Positions 17,200 through 27,152 of a stretch of DNA of 62,663 nucleotides are shown piece after piece (position 1 is the first letter of the stretch; the number at the start of each line of letters is the position of its first letter). Under the pieces are notes generated by a model. The model was not told the origin of the DNA. It did not search any database and saw only the letters and a program-made list of their open reading frames with translations. The DNA lies in NCBI GenBank assembly GCA_964553025.1, contig CAZKJF010000007.1:1-62663 (forward strand). Reading direction: 5' to 3'. The translations under genes and the position numbers were made by a program. This DNA is from an uncultured Candidatus Saccharibacteria bacterium. Its GTDB lineage: Bacteria > Patescibacteriota > Minisyncoccia > 2-02-FULL-40-12 > GWA2-44-9.

Positions 17200-17271
17200 G
17201 CACTCGTCGTTCAACGGATAGGACGCAGGCTTGCGGAGCCTGTAATAGAGGTTCGATTCCTCTCGAGTGCA
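17200..17271 (+). tRNA. tRNA-Arg (GCG)
   Basis: Acceptor GCACTCG/CGAGTGC; anticodon stem-loop CAGGC-TTGCGGA-GCCTG. Confidence 0.9.
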
Positions 17272-17325
17272 CCGCGAAGTGGACAACTTTTCTCTGGAAG
17301 CATGCTACAATAAGGCCGTTTAACA

Positions 17326-19473
17326 ATGGCCCTCGACCTTTCCTCTCCCATCGAAGCCCTGGCGTCCGTGGGCGGACGCAATATTCCCCGGCTCAAGAAG
17401 CTCGGGATCAAAACCGTGCGCGATCTTTTGTGGCATATTCCCGCCCGCTATGAGGATTACAGCCAGATGATGCCGATCGGCGATCTGGATGCCGGACAGA
17501 AGGTTCATATTGAAGGCGAGATCGTCAAAATAGACAGCCGCCGGATATTTCCCCGCCGATTGACCATCACCACCGCTATCGTCAAAGACGATAGCGGTGC
17601 GATCAAAGTGGTCTGGTTCAATCAGCCCTATCTGGTCAACACGTTACCTGAAGGCACCCGTGTCAGCTTGGCCGGAACCGTGAAGCTCGACAAACACGGC
17701 TTGTATCTCGCCAGCCCCACCCACGAAAAGGCCGGCGAGGGCTCCGCGCAGCTGACGCACACCGAAGGCCTGGTCGCCGTGTACCCGGAAACAGAAGGCA
17801 TCACTTCCAAATATTTACGCTTCCTCATCAAACCGCTCCTGGAAACCGTCGAGATCGCCGATCCGCTCCCGGAAGATCTCCTGGTCGCCAACGGCTTACC
17901 TGCGCTCCGCGACGCGCTCCACGCCATCCACCATCCCCACACGCTCGGCGAAGCCGAGCAGGCTAAAAAACGATTGGCGTTCGACGATCTGCTGCTCTTC
18001 CAGATGAAAGCGCTTCTGGAACGGAGGAAAATAAACCAGCTTAAATCGATTCCTATCGCTTTCGACCAAGAATATATTTCTTCATTCATTGAACAATTGC
18101 CGTTTCCGCTGACAAAAGACCAGAAGATCGCAGCCTGGGAAATTTTAAAGGACTTGGAAAAACCTCATCCCATGAACCGTCTTATGGAAGGCGATGTGGG
18201 CAGCGGCAAGACCGTGGTCGCGCTGATCGCGGCGATGCAGGTAGCCCAGAAGGGCTCGCAGGCTGTTTTTTTGGCGCCGACCGAAGTGCTGGCAAATCAA
18301 CATTTTGAAACTATCAGAGCGCTGGCTGGCCGCCATAATCTGGAAATTGCGCTCCTGACCGGCTCGACCGGCATTACTACGCACTCGCTCGGCAAGAAGG
18401 CTGAAATCAAAAAACGCATCGCCCGGGGCGATGTGAAAATCGTTGTCGGCACGCATGCCTTAATCCAAAAAGACGTTTCTTTTGATGATCTGGCGCTGGT
18501 AGTGATTGACGAACAGCATCGGTTCGGCGTGCGCCAGCGTGCGGCACTCGTCAAAAACCAGGCCTTCGTCCCCCATTTGCTTTCCATGACCGCCACGCCG
18601 ATCCCCCGCACGCTGGCGCTCTCCATTTACGGCGACTTGGATATTTCCATCATCAAAGAAAAGCCGAGGAATCGGCAGAAAATTATCACCAAAGTCATTC
18701 CGCCTTCCCAGCGAAGCGCAGCCTATGAATTTATCCGATCCGAAGTCAAAGCCGGGCGCCAAGTGTTCGTCGTCTGCCCTCGCATTGAAATCAGCGACAA
18801 GCCAAAGGAAGATCCTGCCGGCGCGCTGGCCGCCGCCAAGACTGAAAAAGAATACAAAGCCAAGCAGCTCAAGATGGCCTGGGCCGAAGCCAAAGCCGTA
18901 AAAGACGAGTACGAGCGGCTATCCAAAGAAATATTCCCCGATCTAAAGGTCGGCATGCTGCACGGCAAACTCAAACCTAGAGAGAAACAAGCGGTGATGA
19001 CGCGCTTTAAGGAGGGATTTATCGACATTCTCGTCTCGACCTCGGTGATCGAAGTCGGCGTGGACGTCCCGAACGCCACGATCATGATGATCGAGAACGC
19101 TGACCGCTTCGGCCTGGCCCAGCTGCACCAATTCCGCGGCCGAATCGGCCGCGGAATCTATCAGTCTACGTGTCTCTTGTTCGCCACCAGTGCGGAAAAA
19201 TACATCAACCAGCGCCTGAAGGCGCTGGTTGATTGCGACGATGGATTTCTCTTGGCTGAAAAAGATATGGCCATTCGCGGTCCCGGCGAGTTCTTCGGCA
19301 GCCAGCAATCGGGCCTTCCCGACCTGGCCATGACCGCTCTGGCCGACACCGAACTTATCAAAAAAGCCCGCGCCCAAGCCCGGGCTATTCTCAAGGATGA
19401 CGTGAACCTTACCCATCATCCGATCTTAAAACAGCGCCTGGCTGAATTCCAATCCCTCACCCATTTTGAATAG
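17326..19473 (+). CDS. recG: ATP-dependent DNA helicase RecG
   Basis: 715 aa: OB-fold wedge N-terminus, GDVGSGKT Walker A, DEQHRFG, and helicase C motifs. Confidence 0.97.
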   Translation: MALDLSSPIEALASVGGRNIPRLKKLGIKTVRDLLWHIPARYEDYSQMMPIGDLDAGQKVHIEGEIVKIDSRRIFPRRLTITTAIVKDDSGAIKVVWFNQPYLVNTLPEGTRVSLAGTVKLDKHGLYLASPTHEKAGEGSAQLTHTEGLVAVYPETEGITSKYLRFLIKPLLETVEIADPLPEDLLVANGLPALRDALHAIHHPHTLGEAEQAKKRLAFDDLLLFQMKALLERRKINQLKSIPIAFDQEYISSFIEQLPFPLTKDQKIAAWEILKDLEKPHPMNRLMEGDVGSGKTVVALIAAMQVAQKGSQAVFLAPTEVLANQHFETIRALAGRHNLEIALLTGSTGITTHSLGKKAEIKKRIARGDVKIVVGTHALIQKDVSFDDLALVVIDEQHRFGVRQRAALVKNQAFVPHLLSMTATPIPRTLALSIYGDLDISIIKEKPRNRQKIITKVIPPSQRSAAYEFIRSEVKAGRQVFVVCPRIEISDKPKEDPAGALAAAKTEKEYKAKQLKMAWAEAKAVKDEYERLSKEIFPDLKVGMLHGKLKPREKQAVMTRFKEGFIDILVSTSVIEVGVDVPNATIMMIENADRFGLAQLHQFRGRIGRGIYQSTCLLFATSAEKYINQRLKALVDCDDGFLLAEKDMAIRGPGEFFGSQQSGLPDLAMTALADTELIKKARAQARAILKDDVNLTHHPILKQRLAEFQSLTHFE

Positions 19474-19480
19474 CTAACCG

Positions 19481-21037
19481 CTACTTCCCCGCGCGGCCTT
19501 TGGGCGTAACCCAGAATCCCATGTAGCGGCCCAGCATCAGGCGCGTTTGAGCGTCCAAAGCCGGGATGGCGCCGAAGAGTACAAAATTTACGGGAAACAA
19601 AACCCATTGCGCCACCATGAAGATCCATTTGAAGCGGCCGTACTGCGGCGGCCGCGGCGGGAGCATCAAGATGCTCAATGCCGCAGACGTAATTAAGCCG
19701 AGCATGGCGATATCGAGAATATAGCTGGTGATCTTGGGCAGGTTATATGACAGGATCGTAGTGCCGAAGTGCGCGCCGCCGACCAGAATCGGCAGCCAGC
19801 TTAAGAGAAAGATGATGAGAGCGTTGGTCGGACTGGAATGCGTGCGTTCCAGCTGAATGAACGTCTGGTGCCACTTCGTGCTGATCGGAATTTTCTTGTT
19901 CTTCCAGAAACCGAACATAAGATATGGGTTGTTCTCGGCGCCCCAATGCCAGCGACGAATCTGTTTGTATTGGTTTTTGATGGTCTGCCAGAATGTCGGT
20001 GCGACATTCGCATCCATATAGACGGGATAGTATAGAGGGACGGTTTCCCAGTCGCCGTCGTAGCGAAGCAGACACTGCCAAAAAATACGCGAATCCTCGC
20101 TGACGACATTCTTTTGCCAGAAACCGATGTCGACGAGGGCTTGAAAGCCGATGGACTGGGAAGAAAACGTAACCAACTGCTCGCGGCGAGCCTGCTGGAT
20201 CATCTGCCAAAAGGTCGTCGAGAATGCGAATACCCGGGCAAACGACGTCGCTTCCCTGATGTTATTGGTAAACAGCGGGATTGGCTGGAACGAAGAATGC
20301 ATCGGATCCCGCGCGGTCAGATAGTGCCAGGCCAGGCAGGCGAAAAATTGCTCTGGCACGACGGTATCGATATCGAATACCGATACGATCACGCGGCTGT
20401 ACGGAATCGCCAGCTGATCAACAATTTCCCGTTTCACCTGCTCTCCCGCCCAGGCTACATTGGCGCCTTTGCCAAGAATTTCGCCCGGCAAACCGGAGGG
20501 ATGCGCGGTAACGATAAATTTAAAAAATGAAGAACCGAACTCTTCAGCGGCGCGTTGAGACAGCTCGGCGCCATGCGCGCCGGCCCGTTCTTCGGTGGCC
20601 AAAACAACGATAAATTTATCATGCGGATATGCGTTGCGTACGATTGAATGGAGGCCGGCGCGCACGATCGCATAGGGCTCATTGTAGACGGGCAAGATGA
20701 TCAGATGATACAGATCTTGCCAGCGGACGCCGGGTAAAATCGGATTCTCGCCGACCGTCTCCAGACGCGCGGTCCAGTCGACTTTCAGATGCCGGCGCAT
20801 ATGCGTAAACGATGTGCGCGTCAGCAGCGAAAGATAGATGGTTTTGATGAGCCAATAGATATCGAAGATGATGATGAAAAACGCCGCAAATACCGGCGCC
20901 CAAAAAGAAATCGCCACCACTGCTGCCAGCGTCAGCCACGCCAAAAGACCCGGCAGGATCTCAAAAAAACGATATAGCCGTCGTTCCGACGGCTTTGAAA
21001 GGTCGCTGGCCCTTCCGACAGAGAGATAATACTCCAT
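19481..21037 (-). CDS. membrane-bound family-2 glycosyltransferase (processive type)
   Basis: 518 aa with N- and C-terminal TM bundles, a DxD-like FDIDT motif and the QxxRW-type motif QIRRWHWG. Confidence 0.85.
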   Translation of the reverse strand: MEYYLSVGRASDLSKPSERRLYRFFEILPGLLAWLTLAAVVAISFWAPVFAAFFIIIFDIYWLIKTIYLSLLTRTSFTHMRRHLKVDWTARLETVGENPILPGVRWQDLYHLIILPVYNEPYAIVRAGLHSIVRNAYPHDKFIVVLATEERAGAHGAELSQRAAEEFGSSFFKFIVTAHPSGLPGEILGKGANVAWAGEQVKREIVDQLAIPYSRVIVSVFDIDTVVPEQFFACLAWHYLTARDPMHSSFQPIPLFTNNIREATSFARVFAFSTTFWQMIQQARREQLVTFSSQSIGFQALVDIGFWQKNVVSEDSRIFWQCLLRYDGDWETVPLYYPVYMDANVAPTFWQTIKNQYKQIRRWHWGAENNPYLMFGFWKNKKIPISTKWHQTFIQLERTHSSPTNALIIFLLSWLPILVGGAHFGTTILSYNLPKITSYILDIAMLGLITSAALSILMLPPRPPQYGRFKWIFMVAQWVLFPVNFVLFGAIPALDAQTRLMLGRYMGFWVTPKGRAGK

Positions 21038-21072
21038 GGGTATATTAAACCACGTTTTTCCTTTATTTTCAA

Positions 21073-22023
21073 CTATCGGAGAATGAATGCATAGAGAGCG
21101 TCCGTCAGATCAACGAGGCCGTTTTTAGCGGCAATCTCAAGGTCAGCCAGATGCTGAAAATCCCCGCGCAATGAGGCCAGAGAACGCGAGGCAACCGCGG
21201 GGATCATTTTTTTAGCGACGAACGGATGCACTCCGGCGGTCGCGGCGACCGCCGGAGTGGCGGCTGCCCGGGCCGTCGCGTCTTTGACGGCTAGCATCGT
21301 TCGAACTTGATAGGCGAGCATTGAAGCAACGTAGTAAGGATCGCGGCCTTGAGCAAGTTCAGCATACAGCAGCTCCAGCGCCCGGGCAGTCTTGCCCGCA
21401 CCGACTGCATCGACAAATTCAAAAATATTGGTTTCCTGTTCTGTTCGAATTAAAGCCGAAATGGCCTCGGCTGTGATGGGACCGCGCGCATAATTGGCCA
21501 CTTTCTCAAGATTTTCGATTCGCTGCCAGCTGTCGGTTCCCGCCACTGCCAGAAACTTCTGCAGCGCGCCGGGCGCAAACGAAACGTTGCGCCCGGCCGC
21601 TTCAGCCCTGATCCATTGTTCCAGCTTGGCGCCGGCCAATGGTGAAAATTCACGAACGAGATGCGGTTTGCCGGCAAAAAAATCAAAGGCGGCCTTCGGC
21701 TTTGCCTCGGCCGCCGAACCCGGATGTATTGCCATCACCACGCGCTGGGGATCTTCAGAAACCTTGAATCGCTCCAGAATTTCTTGAATCTGGACCGCGC
21801 AGTCTGCCGAGGCAAACGCGTTGGCCAGTACGATGAGCTGGACTTCCTGAAAAAAGGAATTAGTCTTGAGCGCATTCTCAAGCGCTGCAGCTCCTTCATC
21901 TGCCGCCGCATCCGCAAAAAACAAGTTCATTCCGCTTGAATGCTTGGCGCGATAGCTCGCCAAAACCGTTTCACGGTTTTGGCGAAGCCGATAGCCGTCA
22001 GTTCCGTACAGAAAAATAATCAT
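21073..22023 (-). CDS. holA: DNA polymerase III delta subunit
   Basis: 316 aa. The MIIFLYGTDGYRL N-terminus and overall pattern are typical of HolA. Confidence 0.8.
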   Translation of the reverse strand: MIIFLYGTDGYRLRQNRETVLASYRAKHSSGMNLFFADAAADEGAAALENALKTNSFFQEVQLIVLANAFASADCAVQIQEILERFKVSEDPQRVVMAIHPGSAAEAKPKAAFDFFAGKPHLVREFSPLAGAKLEQWIRAEAAGRNVSFAPGALQKFLAVAGTDSWQRIENLEKVANYARGPITAEAISALIRTEQETNIFEFVDAVGAGKTARALELLYAELAQGRDPYYVASMLAYQVRTMLAVKDATARAAATPAVAATAGVHPFVAKKMIPAVASRSLASLRGDFQHLADLEIAAKNGLVDLTDALYAFILR

Positions 22024-23057
22024 GAGGAGGTAACGATCTCAATCCAAATCGGACCAGGGACGAATTTAATTTCTTTGTGCTGATTATCGAAAAATCGCAG
22101 CGGGCTGTCCAGGGCGGCCGGATCTTTCTGCCACGTTCCGGAAATCACAATACCATTCTGATAGATGTCGGCCGGGCCGCCACCCGTTGTCCGAACCACA
22201 ATATATTGATCCCCTTCCCGAAGGACATGCGAATCGGTATGCATGAGCACTACCGCCGAGGCTGCAACTTGCTCGCCCGTATTCTTATCAATCTCGCTCG
22301 CATGGCCGCGCAATCGAAGATATGCATTATTGGCGGCATCATATGTCCACTCGACATTATCCAAGCCCGAATAGCCGGCGTATGGAATGGCGATGGAGGA
22401 AGCGACATTTGAAAGATTTTTTGCCGGCGCGTCAGTAGAATGGAGGTAACCGGGAAAATTTTTGGTTAAATCATAACCGAGCTTGGTTGCTTGGCCTCGG
22501 AGTAAGTCTAGTGTGGTAAAGCCATTGTGGGGCGCCGGAATGCCGGGCTTGCGATAAAAGATAGTGCCGTCATAGTACAACGCATTGACGTTATCGATAA
22601 CGTGCTGGTTTAGCTCATCCAGCGCTCCATGTTCTCCGCCCCAGTGAGCGTAAACGGAATCAAGCCCGGCTGCGAGCGGGATGAAATCCTCTCGAGCAGA
22701 ACGAACTGATCCGATTTCTTTGGGCGTTTGGCATTGAAACACAGTCATAAAACGGGTAATGCCGTCGGGGGTAACCGGCATTTCGACAACGAGATCGGCT
22801 TGGCCGATGCCCGAAAGGGGCCGGGCTTCCGGATCCGAAGCCAGCATAACGGCAATCGGCCGCTGGGCCGCATTATCGCACGGCAAGCCGGCAATAGGGC
22901 TTGTCGGCTGGCTTTGGACGCTATGACCGATGATGTTGAATTGAATGGAACGGCTAAGCCAGACACCCAGAAAAACCAGGCCGGCAATACTGGCGATCCC
23001 CAGCGCCAGCCACCATTTGCGGCGCAGGAGCGCCGAGAAGAAAGGTTTCCAATGCAT
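22020..23057 (-). CDS. DUF3048-domain protein (YerB-like)
   Basis: TM anchor followed by RPIAVMLASDPEARPLSGIGQADLVVEMPV. Start taken at MHWKPFF (23057); the track ORF extends to 23153. Confidence 0.75.
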   Translation of the reverse strand: MHWKPFFSALLRRKWWLALGIASIAGLVFLGVWLSRSIQFNIIGHSVQSQPTSPIAGLPCDNAAQRPIAVMLASDPEARPLSGIGQADLVVEMPVTPDGITRFMTVFQCQTPKEIGSVRSAREDFIPLAAGLDSVYAHWGGEHGALDELNQHVIDNVNALYYDGTIFYRKPGIPAPHNGFTTLDLLRGQATKLGYDLTKNFPGYLHSTDAPAKNLSNVASSIAIPYAGYSGLDNVEWTYDAANNAYLRLRGHASEIDKNTGEQVAASAVVLMHTDSHVLREGDQYIVVRTTGGGPADIYQNGIVISGTWQKDPAALDSPLRFFDNQHKEIKFVPGPIWIEIVTSS

Positions 23058-23062
23058 GACTT

Positions 23063-23941
23063 TTATTTTACCACTTGATGGACAGGACAGAAATGGGCCG
23101 AGCGGCCGCCGATGACCAGCCGAGCAATAACGCCGCCGTCTTTTTTCAAACACGGCTGGCCGGTGCGATGGTATGCTTTATGGATATTCTGATAGCTCCC
23201 CTTTTCGCCCGACGGAGTCCGATAATCATCTAGACTTGAACCTTTTAACTCAATAGACTTTTGAAGGATTTTTTTCATTGCCGCGTAGATATGCCGGATG
23301 TCAGTTTCCGTTAAATGCTCAACTCGTGAGAGCGGATGCAGCCCGACCGTCCACAAGATTTCATCGGCGTAGATGTTGCCGATACCGACAATGAAGAACG
23401 GGTCCATGAGCACCTGCTTGATCCGGCCACGCTTTTTCTCGAATAATTTTTTGAAATCAGGAAAAGAAACATCAAGCGGCTCGGGGCCAAGCCGGGTAAT
23501 TTCTTTCTGCACGCCGATCGAATCGTCACTCACGAGAATCACGCGGGCAAAGCGCCGCAAATCGGACATCGCCAGCTGATAGCCGTTATCCAAGGAAAAT
23601 ACGAAACGGAGGTATTTGTTTTTCGGATCATCCCGGATGGGGCCCCGCTCATTGCTCCGCCACACGCCGTCTTTCTGGATCAGCTTGCCGTATAGTAAGT
23701 GCCCTGAAATTTTCTGATGGATAAAAAGGCTTTGGGGACCCTCAATGTCAATCACGATGAACTTGGCCCGCCTCCAGACTTTGAGAATTTTCTTGCCCAC
23801 GATGGCTTTCTTAAGCGCCGTCGCGCCGCCTGCCTGTCGAAACGGTTTTTCCCGATCCGCCCAGACGTCAACAAATCGAAGCCCGACAAGCTTCTTCCGC
23901 AAGCCTCGTACGGTTGTTTCGACTTCAGGTAATTCCGGCAT
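23063..23941 (-). CDS. mutM: formamidopyrimidine-DNA glycosylase
   Basis: N-terminal MPELPEVE with the catalytic Pro2, and an H2TH domain. The start overlaps the polA stop by 1 nt. Confidence 0.92.
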   Translation of the reverse strand: MPELPEVETTVRGLRKKLVGLRFVDVWADREKPFRQAGGATALKKAIVGKKILKVWRRAKFIVIDIEGPQSLFIHQKISGHLLYGKLIQKDGVWRSNERGPIRDDPKNKYLRFVFSLDNGYQLAMSDLRRFARVILVSDDSIGVQKEITRLGPEPLDVSFPDFKKLFEKKRGRIKQVLMDPFFIVGIGNIYADEILWTVGLHPLSRVEHLTETDIRHIYAAMKKILQKSIELKGSSLDDYRTPSGEKGSYQNIHKAYHRTGQPCLKKDGGVIARLVIGGRSAHFCPVHQVVK

Positions 23942-26577
23942 TAGAGTTTTTCCATCTCCGCCCAATTAGCCCCGATTTTGGCATCTACCACAATCGGTAC
24001 TTTAAATTCCCGGACCGACTGCATAATCTCGACTATCTTGGGCGTAATCTCGGCAACCATATCCTGTTTTACTTCAAAGAGCAGCTCATCGTGGACTTGG
24101 AGCAGCATAGCCGCTTGTCCGGCATACGCAGCATCGATAAGTTTCTGGATTTCGATCATGGCGAGTTTAATCAGATCGGCAGAGGTGCCCTGAACCGGCA
24201 TATTGATCGCCATGCGTTCGGCCGCCGCCTGGACGGCCGGCATGGTTGAATGGATGTCGGGCAAGAGTCGGCGGCGGCCGAAGACGGTTTCCACCCAGCC
24301 CTGGCGGCGGGCAAGGGCCTTCGTGTCTTCCATATAGCGGGCCAGGCCCGCAAATTCATGCATATAGTTTTGAATAAACAACCGCGCTTCGTCCCGGCCC
24401 ACGCCCGCCGCCCGCTGGAACCCGAGAATGCCCATGCCGTACAGCACGCCGAAATTCAGCACCTTCGCCTGACGGCGCATTTCTTTGGTCACCAATTCGG
24501 GCTTAACTCGAAACACGTCGGCGGCGGTACGCGTGTGAATATCTTCTCCCCGCCGGAACGCTTCGGTCATTTCCTTATCGCCGGAAATATGGGCGGCAAT
24601 GCGCAATTCGAGTTGTGAATAGTCGCAGGAAACCAATTTCCAGCCTGGTCGAGCGATAAACGCTTTCCGAAATTCTTGGCCCAGCTCGGTCCGAATCGGG
24701 ATATTTTGAAGGTTAGGATCTTGGCTTGAGAGTCGTCCTGTCGTTGCACCGGTCTGATTATAGGTGGTATGGATGCGATGATCGGCTGGATCAATAAGAG
24801 ATGGCAACGGATCGATATACGTAGTCTTTAATTTTTGAAGTTCCCGGTATTTCAGAATCAGGGCCACGATCGGATGTTCATCAACAAGTTTTTCCAATTC
24901 GCCGGCTGCCGTGGACTTGGCGCCTTTGCCGGTTTTCTTGACTTTCCCGCGCAAACCCAGCGTGTCGAACAGTATACCTGAAAGCTGCTGGGGTGAATTA
25001 ATATTAAATGCGGAACCGGCCATGCCATGAATCTGGGTCTCCAGAATCGAGATTTCCGCGGCAACCTTGGCGCCGAGGCCGGTGGCAATTTTATCGTCGA
25101 CGAGAATGCCGATGGCCTCCATCCGAGCCAGCACCGGCGACAGCGGCAACTCAATATCGGTTAAGACTGAGGCCGTATGAAGATTCTTGAGGCGCTCCCG
25201 ATACCGCTGGGCAAGTTTCGCCAGATGATCGGCTCGAGCAGAAAAACCGCCTGAAACATCCTGATTGAATTCGGCAAAATACAGGCGTTCTAAGGCATAA
25301 TCACGCGTGTCGGAATTGAGAACATAGGCTGCCAGCTTCACATCAAAAACAAAGCCGGTCGGCATCCAGCCGCGTTTCAATCCCCAGCGGACGATTGCCT
25401 TGGTATCATGAACGAGCTTGCCGATATCAGGATCGGTCAAAATCTCGGCCAGCCCCGCGCCGATAGCTTTGTCGCCTGCCGCCATCTCTGAAACCGCGAT
25501 CGGGTTTTCTGAGTTGGCGGCGACCACGATCACCTCTTGGGTTATGTCGAAAACTATTTCCCGTGCCTTTTTGAGAGCCGTGAGATGTGCCAGGATTTCA
25601 CGCTCGTCGGCAACCAAAGTTGATGGCACAGAGGCCTCAAACAAAGTCGCCGGCGCAGCCGGCGACTTTGTTTGAGCGCCGGCCTCCTCAATCTCCGCAA
25701 GCCGCTTCACGGTGCTATACAGCGCCAAGTCCTTCAGCATCCCCTCGAGCCCAGACCGATCCAGATGGCTTCGCCACTGGGCTTCATCGAGAGAAAAATG
25801 GATATCCACGTCGCGGATAATTGTCGCCAGCTTTTTTGAAAAAAACGCCTGATCCTTGTTATCAATCAACTTCTGGCTCAATTTTTCGGTCAGTATTTTA
25901 GGCTTTTTCCCTTTTTTCTCAAGCGCCCGATACAAATCATCGAGACTGCCGAATTCCTTAATTAAAGCTGACGCGGTTTTTTCGCCGATCCCGGGCACCC
26001 CGGGAATATTATCCGAGGGATCGCCTTTCAGACCTTTAAAATCAATTAACTGTTCCGGCGACAAGCCATATCGTTTCTCGACTTCTGATTCATCATACGT
26101 CACCGTATCAGTTACGCCTTTGCGCAGCGTCCAGACAACGACTTTCTTGCCCTCGACCAGTTGCAAGGTGTCCAAATCGCCGGTCATAATGATCGTCTGA
26201 AGATTCTTGTGTTCCTTCGCTTGTTCCGATAATGCTCCGATTACGTCATCAGCTTCGAATCCCGCCTTTTCAAAAATGGGAATTCCAAATGCGGCCAAAA
26301 GTTCCTTAATGTACGGAACTTGAGCATGCAACTCATCAGGCGCTTTGACCCGATGGCTTTTGTACTCGGCAAATTCCTCATGGCGAAACGTCGGGCCGGC
26401 TAAATCAAATGCAGCCGCAATATATTCCGGCTGCACGTCTTTGATCATTTTGATGAGCACGGACATGAAGCCGAAGACAGCATTTGTCGGCACGCCGCTC
26501 GACGTGGCAAGCGGCGGCAAAGCGTGAAATGCCCGATGAACCAGCGCATGGCCGTCAATGAGAACAAGTTTTTTCAT
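23941..26577 (-). CDS. polA: DNA polymerase I
   Basis: 878 aa from MKKLVLIDG. 5'-3' exonuclease N-domain and family A motifs (DYSQLELRI, QVHDELLFE). ATGA overlap with tsaE. Confidence 0.97.
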   Translation of the reverse strand: MKKLVLIDGHALVHRAFHALPPLATSSGVPTNAVFGFMSVLIKMIKDVQPEYIAAAFDLAGPTFRHEEFAEYKSHRVKAPDELHAQVPYIKELLAAFGIPIFEKAGFEADDVIGALSEQAKEHKNLQTIIMTGDLDTLQLVEGKKVVVWTLRKGVTDTVTYDESEVEKRYGLSPEQLIDFKGLKGDPSDNIPGVPGIGEKTASALIKEFGSLDDLYRALEKKGKKPKILTEKLSQKLIDNKDQAFFSKKLATIIRDVDIHFSLDEAQWRSHLDRSGLEGMLKDLALYSTVKRLAEIEEAGAQTKSPAAPATLFEASVPSTLVADEREILAHLTALKKAREIVFDITQEVIVVAANSENPIAVSEMAAGDKAIGAGLAEILTDPDIGKLVHDTKAIVRWGLKRGWMPTGFVFDVKLAAYVLNSDTRDYALERLYFAEFNQDVSGGFSARADHLAKLAQRYRERLKNLHTASVLTDIELPLSPVLARMEAIGILVDDKIATGLGAKVAAEISILETQIHGMAGSAFNINSPQQLSGILFDTLGLRGKVKKTGKGAKSTAAGELEKLVDEHPIVALILKYRELQKLKTTYIDPLPSLIDPADHRIHTTYNQTGATTGRLSSQDPNLQNIPIRTELGQEFRKAFIARPGWKLVSCDYSQLELRIAAHISGDKEMTEAFRRGEDIHTRTAADVFRVKPELVTKEMRRQAKVLNFGVLYGMGILGFQRAAGVGRDEARLFIQNYMHEFAGLARYMEDTKALARRQGWVETVFGRRRLLPDIHSTMPAVQAAAERMAINMPVQGTSADLIKLAMIEIQKLIDAAYAGQAAMLLQVHDELLFEVKQDMVAEITPKIVEIMQSVREFKVPIVVDAKIGANWAEMEKL

Positions 26578-27014
26578 GAGATAATGATTCTTCGTTTCTG
26601 TTCCGCCACATGATCGATGTGGATCGTGATTCGTTTCGCCGGCAGGATGTCCGCTACCCGCTCGGGCCATTCGATCAGAATAACAGCATCGGGCTGGCGC
26701 AGAATTTCTTCGATTCCTAAGGCTTTCAGATCGCCAGAATCTCGCAAGCGGTAGCAGTCAATGTGATAGAGATGAGTAAACGGCCCGGCGGCAATTTTAT
26801 ATTTCTTTAAAATAGTAAATGTAGGGCTTTTGAGTTTTTCGGAAATGCCGAGCGCGGCGGCGAAGGCCTGCACAAAGGTTGTTTTGCCCGCTCCTAGTTC
26901 CCCTTCCAAACCTACGACGACCGGTCCGTTTACCAATTCTTCTACGACCGCCTTGGCGTATGTTTGAGCAATCACGGCTGTCTCGCTGATCCCCTCCGAA
27001 ACGTATTCGCGCAT
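26574..27014 (-). CDS. tsaE: tRNA t6A37 biosynthesis ATPase TsaE
   Basis: 146 aa with P-loop GELGAGKTT and an HIDCYRL motif. Confidence 0.9.
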   Translation of the reverse strand: MREYVSEGISETAVIAQTYAKAVVEELVNGPVVVGLEGELGAGKTTFVQAFAAALGISEKLKSPTFTILKKYKIAAGPFTHLYHIDCYRLRDSGDLKALGIEEILRQPDAVILIEWPERVADILPAKRITIHIDHVAEQKRRIIIS

Positions 27015-27068
27015 GGTCCCATCATAGCCGTTTAATTGGCTTTTTTCAAGGATTTTTTGTAATTGAAA

Positions 27069-27109
27069 AGCCCGAGTTCGAAGTCGCCTGACGGCGACGA
27101 ACTCGGGCT
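27069..27109 (-). terminator. rho-independent terminator (nested hairpin)
   Basis: AGCCCGAGTTCG...CGAACTCGGGCT with an inner GTCGCC/GGCGAC stem. Followed on the minus strand by TTTTCAATT. Confidence 0.7.
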
Positions 27110-27152
27110 GTCGGTCCGCGCGACCGCGGACTGATGAAAGAACAGGAAAGAA

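Noticed and set aside
26574-26577. Alternative genetic code (UGA as sense, as in some CPR-related lineages)
   Set aside because: UGA terminates well-defined genes at ATGA overlaps (tsaE/polA here, gatC/gatA at 55138-55141), and full-length housekeeping proteins are obtained with the standard code.
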